From: the human T2T-CHM13v2.0 reference genome, Homo sapiens
Reading direction: 5' to 3' (one strand)
Assembly (NCBI RefSeq): GCF_009914755.1
Contig: NC_060947.1
Length of the DNA: 64,000 bases
Every line of letters begins with the position of its first letter. Within the stretch, counting starts at the first letter, position 1. The notes beneath the pieces are model-generated. The model ran no database searches, was not told the origin of the DNA, and was given only the letters and a program-made list of their open reading frames with translations. Positions 40,165 to 64,000 of the stretch are shown in pieces. The translations under genes were made by a program, and so were the position numbers.

Positions 40165-41456
40165 TGAGAGGTGAAGCCAGCTGGACTTCCTAGGTCGAGT
40201 GGGGACTTGGAGAAATTTTGTCTAGTTAGAGGATTGTAAACACACCAATCAGCACTCTGTAAATACGCACCAATAAGTGCTCTGTGTCTAGCTAAAAGAT
40301 TGTAAATGCACCAGTCAGCACCCTTTGAAAACACACCAATCAGCACTCTGTGTCTAGCTAGAGGATTGTAAATGCACCAGTCAGCACTCTGTAAAAACGC
40401 ACCAATCAGCGCTCTGTGTCTAGCTAAAGGATTGTAAATGCACCAATCAGCACTCTGTAAAAATGCACCAATCAGCGCTCTGTGTCTACCTAGAGGACTG
40501 TAAATGCACCAATCAGCACTCTGTAAAAACACACCAATCAGCACTCTGTGTCTAGCTAAAGGATTGGAAGTGCACCAATCAGAACTCTGTGTCTAGCTAA
40601 AGGATTGTAAATGCACCAGTCAGCATTCTGTAAAAACGCACCAATCAGCACTCTGTGTATAGCTAAAGGATTGTAAGTGCACCAATCAGAACTCTGTGTC
40701 TAGCTAGAGGATTGTAAATGCACTAATCAGCACTCTGTAAAACACACCAATCAGCCCTCTGTGTCTAGCTAAAGGATTGTAAATGCACCAATCAGCATTA
40801 TGTAAAAATGCATCAATCAGCACTCTGTAAAAACGCACCAATCAGCCCTCTGTGTCTAGCTAAAGGATTGTAAATGCACCAATCAGCACTCTGTGTCTAG
40901 CTAGAGGATTGTAAATGCACCAATCAGCACTCTGTAAAAATGCATCAATCAGCACTCTGTGTCTAGCTAGAGGATTGTAAATGCATCAATCAGCACTCTG
41001 TGTCTAGCTAAAGGATTGTAAATGCACCAATCAGCACTCTGTAAAAATGCACCAATCAGTGCTCTGTGTCTAGCTAAAGGATTGTAAATGCACCAATCAG
41101 CACTCTGTAAAAATGCACCAATCAGCACTCTGGATCTAGCTAAACGGTTGTAAACTCACCAATCAGCACTCTGTAAAATGGGCCAATCAGCGCTCTGTAA
41201 AATGGACCAATCAGCAGGATGTGAGTGGGGACAAACAAGGGAATAAAAGCTGGCCACCCGAGCCAGCAGAAACAACCCACTCAGGTCCACTTCCATGCTG
41301 TGGAAGCTTTGTTCTTTCACTCTAAATCTTGCTGCTGCTCACTCTTTGGGTCCATGTCACCTTTAAGAGCTGTAACACTCACCATGAAGGTCCGCAACTT
41401 CCTTCTTGAAGTCAGCAAGACCAAGAACCCACCAGAAGGAACCAACTCCAGACACA
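40165..41456 (+). mobile_element. Solo ERV9 LTR (LTR12F-like), inserted into an Alu right monomer (40058-40164 + 41461-41510)
   Basis: TG...CA termini (TGAGAGGTGAAGCCAGCTGG ... CCAGACACA), 4-bp CTAT TSD, CCAATCAGC tandem array, AATAAAAG TATA-like box near 41242. Confidence 0.95.
40220..41216 (+). repeat. U3 tandem array of ~41-bp and ~24-bp CCAAT-containing units
   Basis: By hand about 30 units: 23 intact CCAAT and 7 variants (CCAGT, CTAAT, TCAAT). Confidence 0.93.
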
Positions 41457-41734
41457 CTATGATCCTGTCACTGCACTCCCACCTGGGAAACAGAGTGAGA
41501 CCCCATCTCTTAAACACACACACACAGACACACAAATCTCTGTTTACTCCTGAGAACTATACCTAACATTCACGTGACTCAAATGATGATGGGGTTACAT
41601 TTTTGGGAACAAGATGACCTACATCTACATAGATGTAGACAACTAGATCAAAAAATAAGAATAATTTCTCCCATAATTTTGATTTTCTCTAAACCCTTTA
41701 TTATAATAAAATATTGTTGTTTTTGTTGATGATT

Positions 41735-43887
<2,153 letters not shown>

Positions 43888-44562
43888 GTATAATGGAACA
43901 TATTTTATTCATTCACAAACACTAATTAATAAACTTCAAAATCTGTCACAGTGAGCAAATATATATATATATGCACAAATATGATGTATACTTAATGATA
44001 GATATGTATATTATGTCTGTGTACACTTTTACCTTGTGTGAAGAGGGTACCAGGAAAGAACTAAGCATTTAGGATGATCTCCACCTCAGAGTTTTTAAAT
44101 GGACTTCCATTCATGAGTGCGGAAAATGAACATCTCAGAAAGCTTCTCGCCTGGAGTACTGTGAGGGGGAAAGAAGTCAAAAATATACCCACTCTGGAGA
44201 CATTTTCAGCCATTTCAAGAGAAAGATGAAACCAAAGTCAATAGCTCTTAAGGATAAGATGCAAAAAAATAAATCCTTTAAGAGGGAAACATTAAAAATT
44301 GCTCCCTAACTACTAGCGTAAAAGCAATGCAATGGCAAACTCCTTGAGGTGGAGATCTTTTTTTTTGCATGCACAAGTCAGGGAAAGAGCAAACGATGAC
44401 GTGAAGTCACTGAGCTGGAGGAAGTCCAGAAAATGAAGTAAAGAACTGAGAAGATGAAATAGTTTCCACAGAATAATACACTAAGGAGCATTTCCCACAT
44501 GTATTTGACCAAGGAACACTCTTAAAATTATCGTATGTGACTGGAATTCCACCAGGAACTCA

Positions 44563-44950
<388 letters not shown>

Positions 44951-45351
44951 GATCTTTTTATGTTTTGTTATAAAATGTGGCATATATGAAGCAATGTTGA
45001 AAAATCATTTGTCTTTTCTTTACATACTTTCTTAATATTATGAACAATCGTCCTGAATGAAAATGTTATATAATGTAGCCATTCAACAAATATTTACTGA
45101 GTGCCTACTATATGCCAAACACTGTTCTAGGTGCTGTGGATATATAGTGATGAACAAAACACACAAAAAGCTTTGCTCATACAGAGCTTATAATTTATGG
45201 GGAGAGACAAATACTAAATATATATAGGTTGGCTGGGCGCAGTGGCTCACACCTGTAATCCCAGCAATTTGGGAGGCCGAGACGGGCGGATCACCTGAGG
45301 TCAGGAGTTCAAGACCAGCATGACCAACATGGAGAAACCCCGTCTCTACTA

Positions 45352-45510
<159 letters not shown>

Positions 45511-46313
45511 TCAAAAAAAAAAAAAAAAAAAGATGTGTGTGTAGTAAATGCTATGGAGAAAAAACAAAACAGGGAAGAGAAAAAAATAGGTAGTCTGGGG
45601 GGTGGGTTGCAATTTTAAATAAGGTGTAAAGGGAAGGCCTCACTGAGAAGGTGGCATTTGAGCAAAGGCTGGAAGGAGGGGAGAAAGAGAACCACTCTTC
45701 TGTCTGGGGTAACAGCATTCCAGACAGAGGGGACAGCAAGTGCAAATGCCTTGGGGCTGAAGCATGCCTGGCGTGTTTGAGAAAGAGCAAGGAAGCTGGT
45801 AAGCCTGATGTGAGTGAGCAAGGGGAGAATGGAGAGGAGAGTGGAGAGGTCACCGGAGGTGAGGGCGTGGAACCATTGTAAGGACTTCAGCTTTTGCGAA
45901 GTGAAATGATGAGCCAGAGGAAAGTTCAGAGCAGACTGCTGTGATCTGACTTCCATTTTAACAGGATCACTCTGGCTGCTGTGTTTTAAACACTGAATGG
46001 GCCAAGGCTGTAAGCAAGGAGACCATTTAGGAGGCTAGTACATTCTTAGAGACGATCCATCATCTTAGTAAGAGATGATAGTGCTTTGGACCAGGGTATT
46101 AATGGAAGTGGTGAGAAGTGGTCTTATATTTTGAAGGTAGGGACACCAGGATGTGCTGAAGGATTGGATGCAGGATGTGAGAGAAAGAGGAGTCTGGGAT
46201 GGCTCCAAGGTTTTGGGCCTGAGCAACCTGAAAAATGGAGTTGTCATTAATTGAGATGTGTAAGCCTCTGAAAGGTTTCTTGGGGGAAGATGAGTAGCTG
46301 CGTTTGGGACATA

Positions 46314-46646
<333 letters not shown>

Positions 46647-46884
46647 TGATTTTGCCATGTTGCCCAGGCTGTTCTCAAACTCCTGCCCTCAAGTGATCTG
46701 GCCACCTCAGCCTCCCGAAGTGCTGGGATTGCAGGCGTGAGCCACCACGCCTGGCCCTGGACATAAATTTTAGATGACTATAATAAATGCAGGTGGGGAT
46801 GTTGAGTAGACAGTTGGATGAATGAGTCTGCAGTTCAGAGGAGAGATCTAGGTTGGAAAAGTAAATCTGGACCTTGTCAGCGTA

Positions 46885-47210
46885 TAGATACCTACTATCT
46901 GATACAGTAGCCACCAGCCACATGTGACGATTGATCACCTGAAATGTGGCTAGTCCGAAATGAGATATGCTATGAGTGTAAAATACTCACTGGATGTCAA
47001 AGACAATACAGAAAAAAGAAAGTGAAATATTTTATTAATAATTTTTAAATATTGATCACATGTTGAAAAGATATTTTTGGCTATATTGGATTAAATAAAA
47101 TACATTATTAAAATTGATTTCATGTGTTCCTTTTTACTTGTTGAACGTGGCTAGTAAAGTATTTAAAGTTATATATGTGGCTCACATTATATTTCCATTG
47201 GACCGTGCTG
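46885..47210. mobile_element. MER33-like (hAT-Charlie1 derivative)
   Basis: 'tagccaccagccacatgtg...tgaaatgtggctagt...gtggctcacattatatttccattggac'. Confidence 0.8.
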
Positions 47211-47805
47211 GTACAGATGTTATATAAAGCCATAAACACTGGATGAGATCATCAAGGGAGTGAGAAGAGTGGCTAGAGAAGAAGTCTGAAAATTGAGGCC
47301 TCATTGACAAGAAATATATTATATATATATAAATATATATACACACCACATACACATATATAAACACATATATACACACATACACATTCAACTTTATTGA
47401 GTTTTAATTGTAAAAAATAACGCGCCTTCATTTTATATATGTATATATGTGTGTATATATATTCACATGTATATATATGTATATATTCATGTTACCACCA
47501 CCCCACCATATTTTGTTTTAGTTGCAGCTTAAAATGAATAAACCATTTTGAATAGATTCATTGGAGCAAAAAGAGGAACACAAATCCCCTGTTTTACAAT
47601 ATTTAGGCACTCTTTAATTCATCTGTTTCAGAAATCATTATTATTTCATTCTAGACACCTCACCTCCTGAGTTTTTAGAAATCAAAGGCTCTCATTGTTT
47701 ACATTTTCTTTAAATTATTCTAACTCTGTCTTTGTTAGATTCAGACACAGTTTGAGCCCCATAATAGTGGTTTTTGTTTATAACTTTTCTTTAAAAATTT
47801 TTTTT

Positions 47806-49445
<1,640 letters not shown>

Positions 49446-49454
49446 ATTGTATTT

Positions 49455-51915
<2,461 letters not shown>

Positions 51916-51999
51916 TCCGTAGTATTTTAAAGCAAATCCTGGACATCATGTTGTTTCATCTGTAAATACTTCAGTGTTGATCTCAAATCGATAAAGACT

Positions 52000-53975
<1,976 letters not shown>

Positions 53976-54544
53976 TGAGTATTTTTCAATATTTGTTGGT
54001 GGCTAAGTATATTAGGACAACACGCTAAATTTGGACTTATCCCAAACTCCCACTTTCCCAGTCTGACAAGTTTGGGGACTGCCCTCTCCAACCCTTCTGA
54101 CTTAGTCTCCCAGGCATGCTGGCTATCTGGCTATAGTCTAGAATTGACTCAGCAAACAAGCAAATGTAAATACTCACTGAATCTTTCTGGGGCCATTCCG
54201 TGGAAACAGAAATATATTTAAGTTTTTCTGCCTTTGAGAAACTGCTACGGGGCATAGCCGTGGGTAGATATATTTGGTGGCTCTTAGACCCCCTGACATA
54301 CACCCACGGACCATCCTCATCTATTTGCTTTCTGGCTTCTGATCTGGGCCCTTCTTGGGAATAGTTTTTCTCTGACCCTAGAGTCTAGACTAAAGCCAAT
54401 TGGACATTCACTTCCTGGTTTTTTTTTCCCATTTGTCTGGCAGTTTCTGTCCTGGCCTCCCCATACTTGGGCTCTCCTATCTTGGATTCATAATTATATT
54501 TCTAGCCACTTTTTCTTTCTTACTCCTTTAGCTCTTATTTTCTT

Positions 54545-55120
54545 TTTTTTTTTTTTTACAGTTATATTTGTATAATTTTGAGAAGGACAAATGCAGTTTT
54601 GTTACGTGGCTACATTGCATAGTGGTGATGTTTAGGCTTTTAGTGTATCCATCACCCAAATAGTGTACATTTTACCCATTAAGTAATTTCTTATCCCTCA
54701 CCCCTCTTCCACCCTTCCACCCTTCTGTGTCTCCAGTGATTATTCCACATTCTATGTCCATGTGAATGCATTATTTAGCTCCCACTTATAAGTGAGAACA
54801 TGCAGTATTTGACTTTTTGTTTCTGAGTTGTTTCACTTAATGGCCTCCAGGTCCATTCATTTTGCTGCAAAATTCATAATTCCATTCTTTTTATGGCTGA
54901 ATAATATTCCATTGTGTATATATATCACATTTCCTTTATCCAATCATTCATTGATGGACACTTAGTTTGATTCCGTAACTTTACTATTATGAATAGTGCT
55001 GTGATAAACGTGAGTATAGGTGTCTTTTGGCTATAATTATTTCTTTTCCTTTGGGTAGTTTCCCAGTGGGATTGCTGGATCAAATATAGTTTTATTGTTA
55101 ATTCTTTGAGGCCTTTCATT
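54545..55120 (-). mobile_element. L1MA/L1PB-type 3' end with poly-A
   Basis: 'tttagctcccacttataagtgagaacatgcagtatttgactttt' L1 3'UTR motif. Confidence 0.88.
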
Positions 55121-56716
55121 ACGGTGGGGTTTTTTTGTTCTCCCTTTCCCCTCAAGTAGCCTCTGAACATTACATGCCTAATCATCCTCTCCCTGGCTCA
55201 GCTGATGGTCCTAGCATCTCCCACTGATGGGCTTTTTCTTATTCTCCTGAAGAGTTTCATATGGCTTCACAAGATAAAATTGCATTTTGATTATGGTTCT
55301 CATAGATTTCTGCTTTGCAAAAAAACAAACAGACAAAAACCCCACAACTCAGGAAACCACGCTGATATATTTTTTAAAAGTCTGGTTCTGACTATTTTTC
55401 TATTCTCCATTGGCTTTTACTATTCAAAACCCCTTGCCTACCAGCAGTAGCATTACACCTATCCCCACCTCTCTTAGCTGTGGGGCTAAAGGATAGAACA
55501 TTCTATTTGGCTAAAGAAAAAAGTAGGACATTCTATTTGGCTAAAGAAAAAAGGTAATCAGACTGAGCCCAGAGATGTACACATAGGGGCTCATAAACAA
55601 AACAACCTCGTTTCACTCTTTTACAGCAGAATTTTAGCTAGGTCACTTCTACTAACAGCCATCTATTGGGGGAAAATTAATGACTATCAATTTACAAAAC
55701 AGGATTATGGAAAACTTTTAAATGAGAGCTAGATAGAGAAACTCTTGGGTTAACGCTCCTCAGTGACCTAGAAGTATATTGAAAAAACAAAATAGTGCAT
55801 TTCTGATAATGAAACATGACAACCGTACCTAACCTTTTTAAATTAACAGTGGTGCATATATACTGTGATCTTTTCAAGGGCAGCAGGACCACATTTGAAT
55901 CATTTTCTCCATAGGTTATCTTGAGGAACATGATAGTCAAATGTCCCTAGGCATCTCCACCCATCTGGGCTTTGGGTCATGAATTGATACTTATACAGGA
56001 ACTAGCTGCCATTAGGTGGAGCAATTTGAAGTCTAATAGGCCATCTAGAAGGATATCAGATCAGGAGGTTTAAGAACTCCAGATGTTTTAATTTAGGTGA
56101 GTGCAGCCACAAGGCTGCTAGGACATTAACAAAGAACTGATTGATAGAGAAGAAAAAGTAGCTGGTATTAGATAATGGTATTAGATAAAAGTAGCTGGTA
56201 TTAGATGATGGGAGGGGCCTGATGTCTGGTTGCCAAGGCACCTAACTCTTCACTCGATAGTCCCCCAAGCACAGGATTCATGGCTTTTGTGGCCCCATCC
56301 CTTGGGCGTAGAGCATAATCCTTAGCTGACCTTTGAAAAATGCAACCTCAGGCTTGCCCGGCTTCTGGTACTTCCAACTCTTCTTTGCCATTATTATAAA
56401 CACAATTATCAGTCTTTGAGGGGAGGCTGATCTTTTAGTTCAGATTTCCAGAGTTCAGATTGGCAGGTGTCCTTTGTCATCTCATAAAGGAATTAAAGTG
56501 ACCTGAGAAAATGTCCTCTGGGTAAGATCAATGCCACCTGTACTCTGTCCTTGCCCAAACTCTTTCATCAGAGCTCTCATGTGCATCAGCCCTTCCCCAC
56601 TCCCTTCAAGCCTGTACAGCCTGGGCATGACAACAAATTTGGTCCTTTAGCAATAGCATGTACAACTAATGGACAACTCCCAGGTTATCATCTATCCCTT
56701 TTGAGAACTCAATAGG

Positions 56717-57374
<658 letters not shown>

Positions 57375-58149
57375 TAAAAAATATTTTTAAGAAAATTTAA
57401 AAATATTTTTAAAATATGTTTTTAATATTATTTTTAAAATATTCCTTTGAAGGATAAAAAAGTGAAAAAGAAGGTGTTAACTTTGGGAAATAAGGAACCT
57501 CTCATTATTCCAAGTGGTACCATAGGCGATTAATATATATTCAATAAGTTTTATATTATTTAAAATATCTTATAATTGCGATAGGGCTTTTAACTTTTTC
57601 AAATACTCATATATTGCCTATATTATTGTATGCAACAATATACAGTTGTTTGACAGATAAAATATATATGACAATCTCACTATAAATTCATGACTAATGG
57701 ATCCGCATAGAATTAGAGTAAGATGGAGAGTCTCCCAAGGCCCTTAAGGTTAGTCAGTGCCATGTGGTGTATCTGAAAGAGACCTAAAAGACCTGGCTTC
57801 TGTTTCTGGCCCTGCCAACTACTGTGTGACTTATCTGTAAAATGGGGAAAAATAATCTTGGCTCTGTCTACCTCTCCAGATTGTTCTGAAGATTGAATGA
57901 GATAATGGATATAAATATGCTTTGGAGACCATACAGCTCTCCACAATTATAGTTTGGTTGTAATAAATGCCTCAACAACACACAGAAGTGAACATGGTAT
58001 CATGATTTCTTTTGTTTTGCTTTATTTATCTCATTGAAGTCATCATGAATATATTCTGATTGGAAAAGCAGCACACAATTTGTATATAATAATTAATTAT
58101 TGAGTGACCTTTAAGTGCTGGGCACTGTTCTAGGCCTGCCTTGTGCAAC

Positions 58150-59369
58150 GTTGTGGCCACTAGCCACATAGAGCTATTGAGCACATGAATGTAGTTCATG
58201 CGACTGGGGAAATGAATTTGTAATTTTATTTAATTTTAGTTAATTTACACTTAAATACAAAAACTGATATGAAATAATTATTAGAATTGTTTTTCTGACA
58301 GGGTCTTGCTCTGTCACCCATGCTGGAGTGCAGTGGCACAATCACGGCTCACTGAAGCCTCAAACTCCTGGGCTCATGTAATCCACCTGTCTCAACCTCC
58401 TGAGTAGCTGGGACTACAGACGTGTACCACAATGCCCAGCTAATTTTTTAATTTTTAATTTTTTTGTACAGATGGGATCTTCTTATGTTGACCAGGCTGG
58501 TTTTATTTATTTCTTTATTTATTTAGAGATGGAGTCTCACTCTGTTGCCCAGGCTGGACTGCAGTGGCATGATCATGGCTCACTGCAACCTCTGCCTCCC
58601 GGTTTCAAGTGATTCTTCTGCCTCAGCCTCCTGAATAGCTGGGAGTACAGGTGCGTGCCACCACGCCCGACTAATTTTTGTATTTTTAGTAGAGATGGGG
58701 TTTCACCATATTGGCCAGGCTGCTCTCGAACTCCTGACCTCGTGATCCACCCACCTCAGCCTCCCAAAGTGCTGGGATTAGACGCGTGAGCCACCACATC
58801 TGGCCAATTTTTTTGTAATTTTAGTGGAGACAAGGTTTCACCATGTTGGTCAGGCTGGTCTCAAACTCCTGACCTCAAATGATCCTCCTGCCTCAGCCTC
58901 CCAAAGTGCTGGGATTATAGTCATGAGCCACTGCACCTGGCCATTAGAAAACTTTTTTTTTTTTTTTTTTGAGACGGAGTTTCGCTCTTGTTGCTCAGGC
59001 TGGTGTGCAATGGCGTGATCTCGGCTCACTGTAACCTCCCCCTCCTGAGTTCAAGCAGTTCTCCTGTCTCAGCCTCCTGAGTAGCTGGGATTACAGGCGC
59101 CCGCCACTACACCTGGCTAAGTTTTGGCATTTTTAGTAGGGATAGGGTTTCACCATGTTGGCCAGGCTTGTCTCGAACTCCTGACCTAAGGTGATCCGCC
59201 CACCTCAGCCTCCCAAAGTGCTGGGATTACAGGTGTGAGCCACCATGCCCAACAAAAATATACTTTTAAAATTAATTTCACCTGCTTCTTTTTACTAATT
59301 TTTTAATGTGGCTACAAGTGAATTTATAATTACATATGTACTCATATTATATTTCTGTTGGGCAGTGCT

Positions 59370-59370
<1 letters not shown>
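58150..59370. mobile_element. Charlie1/MER33-type element containing stacked antisense Alus (58289-59250, one nested)
   Basis: 'gccactagccacatagagctattgagcac' ... 'aatgtggctac...tatttctgttgggcagtgctg'; Alu consensus. Confidence 0.75.
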
Positions 59371-61250
<1,880 letters not shown>

Positions 61251-61357
61251 TAAAATGTTAAAGTCTCCTTGCTCCCCACTTCCACTCCCCACCCATGAGG
61301 CCCCCACTATTAGCTCATGTATAGGGACATACATATACACACACACCACACACACAA

Positions 61358-61682
61358 ATTTTTCTTTTTTTGAGACAGAATCCCGCTGTATCCTCCAGGC
61401 TGGAGTGCAGTGAAGCGATCTTGGCTCACTGCAATCTCCACCTCTCGGGTTCAAGCCATTCTCATGCCTCAGCCTCCCAAGTAGCTGAGATTACAGGGTG
61501 CACACCATCACGCCTGGGTAATTTTTGTATTTTTAGTAGAGACGGAGTTTCGCCATGCCATGTTGGTCAGGTTGGTCTCAAACTCCTGGCCAGGTTGGTC
61601 TCAAACTCCTGGCCTCAGGTGATCCGCCTGCCTCAGCCTCCCAAAATGTTGGGATTACAGGCGTGAGCCACCGCGCCTGGCC
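61358..61682 (-). mobile_element. AluS with small internal duplications
   Basis: Alu consensus; caggttggtctcaaactcctggc repeated twice. Confidence 0.93.
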
Positions 61683-62361
61683 CACACATACACATTTTCA
61701 TAAATAGAGTTGTTCTGCAACTTGCTTTTATCAGTAAATATCCTTTGGAGCTTTTTCAATGTAATTACATACATATTTACCTCATTCTTTTTTTAATAGC
61801 TGAAGAGAGTCCCTTCATTTGAATAAATCATGTGTATTCATTCATTCGCTGAACAACTATTTTTTGAGCACTCACAATGTGCCAGGCAGTGGTCTAGGGA
61901 CTGATCATAAAGAAGTCCCTTTTAGATGGACATTCAGGTTCTTTCTAATATTTTGCTATTACAAACATTTGATATAATGACCATCCTTATACAGGCATCT
62001 GAGCTCACATATGCAAGTTTTTATTTGGCATTGATTTATACAAGTGGAATTTCTCAGTCAAAGGGCTCAATGGCATTTCTAATACTTGTATCTCAGGTTC
62101 AATTAGGATAGAATTAGGATAGTGTTAATGCAGCAGCTAAATTTGTGATAAAAACTGAATATATTTAACGAATGTGGAAAAGAAATCGCCCAATAAAATG
62201 CCCTATTGGAAGTTGTAAGATTGCACCTACGATTTCTCTTTACTATGTGAGTGCAGTTATATCCAAATCCTACCCATTCCGCAAAGTCCAGCTCAAATGC
62301 TCAAACACCCCCTGTTCCAGAAAACCTTTCATAGACCTAAGAAGATATGATCTCTCCTGCC

Positions 62362-62766
<405 letters not shown>

Positions 62767-63004
62767 TAGTGTCTTTAATTCATACTGCATTCTCCCTCAG
62801 TGTGTAGCACCATGCTCAATGTTTATGTATTTAAATAGAAGTCTTAAACCAGAAGAAGTGAAATCTACAATCTCAAGAATGAGCATAGAGCCTGCACAAT
62901 GGCCAGATGGTGTTTGTGCACCATCAGTGTGACATATGCTTCCCATGGCTCACAATACTCTGCAGAAATTGCTTACTTCTCCTACTCTATCTTGTACCAC
63001 TCTT

Positions 63005-63370
63005 CTTCCTTCTACGCTCCAGCCACACTGGCCTTTTTTTGGTCTTTGAACACACTAAGTCTGCCCCCATCTCTAGGCCTTCGTTCCTGGCATTTCTGTC
63101 GCCTGGAATGGTCTACCTGCTGATCTCTGCTGACTGCTTCTTTAAGACTCAGCTCAGTGTTTACCTCCTCAAAGAAGCTTTTCTTGATCATCTATTTTAA
63201 ACTAGGTCCCCAACTCCAGTTACTCTCTATCAACTCACCTTAATTCTCTACATAGCATTTATGTTTCTGAAATTAACATGTTCATTTCTTTGCACTGACA
63301 TGTGAGCTCCAGGAGAGGAGGGACCTTGCCTGTCTTGTTCAATGCTGTGCACCTTCAGTGGCTACCATAG
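63005..63370 (+). mobile_element. L2 3' end
   Basis: 'tccagccacactggcctt...tgtgagctccaggagaggagggaccttgcctgtcttgttca'. Confidence 0.8.
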
Positions 63371-63379
63371 AGCCTGTGG

Positions 63380-63910
63380 TACTAAGAATGCTTTTGGCTG
63401 AAAGTAACAGAATATTCATCTAAACGTGTCATAAACTGCAGGGGTTTATTTTTCTTACATAAAAAGGAACTAGAGGTAGGCAGTATCAGGCCTGGTTCAA
63501 CAGTTCAATGCTGTCTGGATTCTGCATTGGCTTCTCTGAGATTGCCTTGGCCTTGCCTCATGGTTGCAATATGGCTGCCAAGGGCCAAAGCATTGCAAGA
63601 AAACATCCCTCTCAGGAAGAAAGTGGGGCCTGGGCCTCTCTCCTTTTTTTTTCATCAAGGTAGAAAAACTTTCCCAGGAACCCTCCTCTCACACTTCCCT
63701 CTTATATCTTATTGGCCCAAACCGATTGGGAGTCTAGACCATCCCACTAGTCAATAAGAGGGAGCTTATCATGGTTTTTTCATCAGTCATGATTCATCAC
63801 CTGGAGTTGGGCCTGCCTTCCTTAAACCCTGTGGCTCTGCCCTATATCTGAAGTAAATCTGGGCTCTCTTTGCAAGCAAAAAGTGTTATAGCTATTGTGG
63901 TGGTAACCAA
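63380..63910 (-). mobile_element. Old MLT1-type LTR
   Basis: 'atgcttttggctgaaagtaacagaa...ctcatggttgcaatatggctgcc'. Confidence 0.6.
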
Positions 63911-64000
63911 CAGCATGAGCCACACAGGCATTTATGGAACAGAGGGTATGAATTCTTGGAGATCAGCCTACACGCAACAATTAACAAATTTTACACGTAC

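Noticed and set aside
40161-40544. 127-aa repetitive ORF on the - strand and a CRISPR-like repeat array
   Set aside because: Translation of the LTR12 U3 tandem repeat; units are contiguous with no unique spacers, no cas genes, and the DNA is human
41619-41638. Short hairpin CTACATCTA-CA-TAGATGTAG
   Set aside because: A 9-bp stem is expected by chance in 64 kb
56154-56206. Short repeats of aaaagtagctggtattagat
   Set aside because: Simple local slippage duplication with no further structure

Overview
Human (primate) genomic DNA, extremely Alu-rich. Positions ~1-19.7 kb hold the 3' part of WDR44 (Rabphilin-11/Rab11BP, Xq24) on the + strand. Eight GT-AG coding exons (2444-18648) splice in frame to give the C-terminal WD40 propeller, ending ...KVFVNKRKNVS*, followed by an AU-rich ~1 kb 3'UTR. 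The remaining ~44 kb is intergenic repeat mosaic (Alu, L1M, L2, MIR, MaLR LTRs, hAT/Tigger MITEs) and includes a solo ERV9 LTR12F-type element with an expanded CCAAT-box array. Almost all supplied ORFs are Alu or low-complexity artefacts. I found no convincing new biological system. The best leads are candidate alternative C-terminal exons in the last WDR44 intron, the LTR12 with an expanded NF-Y array and a deleted poly(A) signal, inverted Alu pairs around exons, and a possible antisense non-coding exon. Repeat boundaries and subfamily names are by eye and approximate; exon boundaries were checked base by base.
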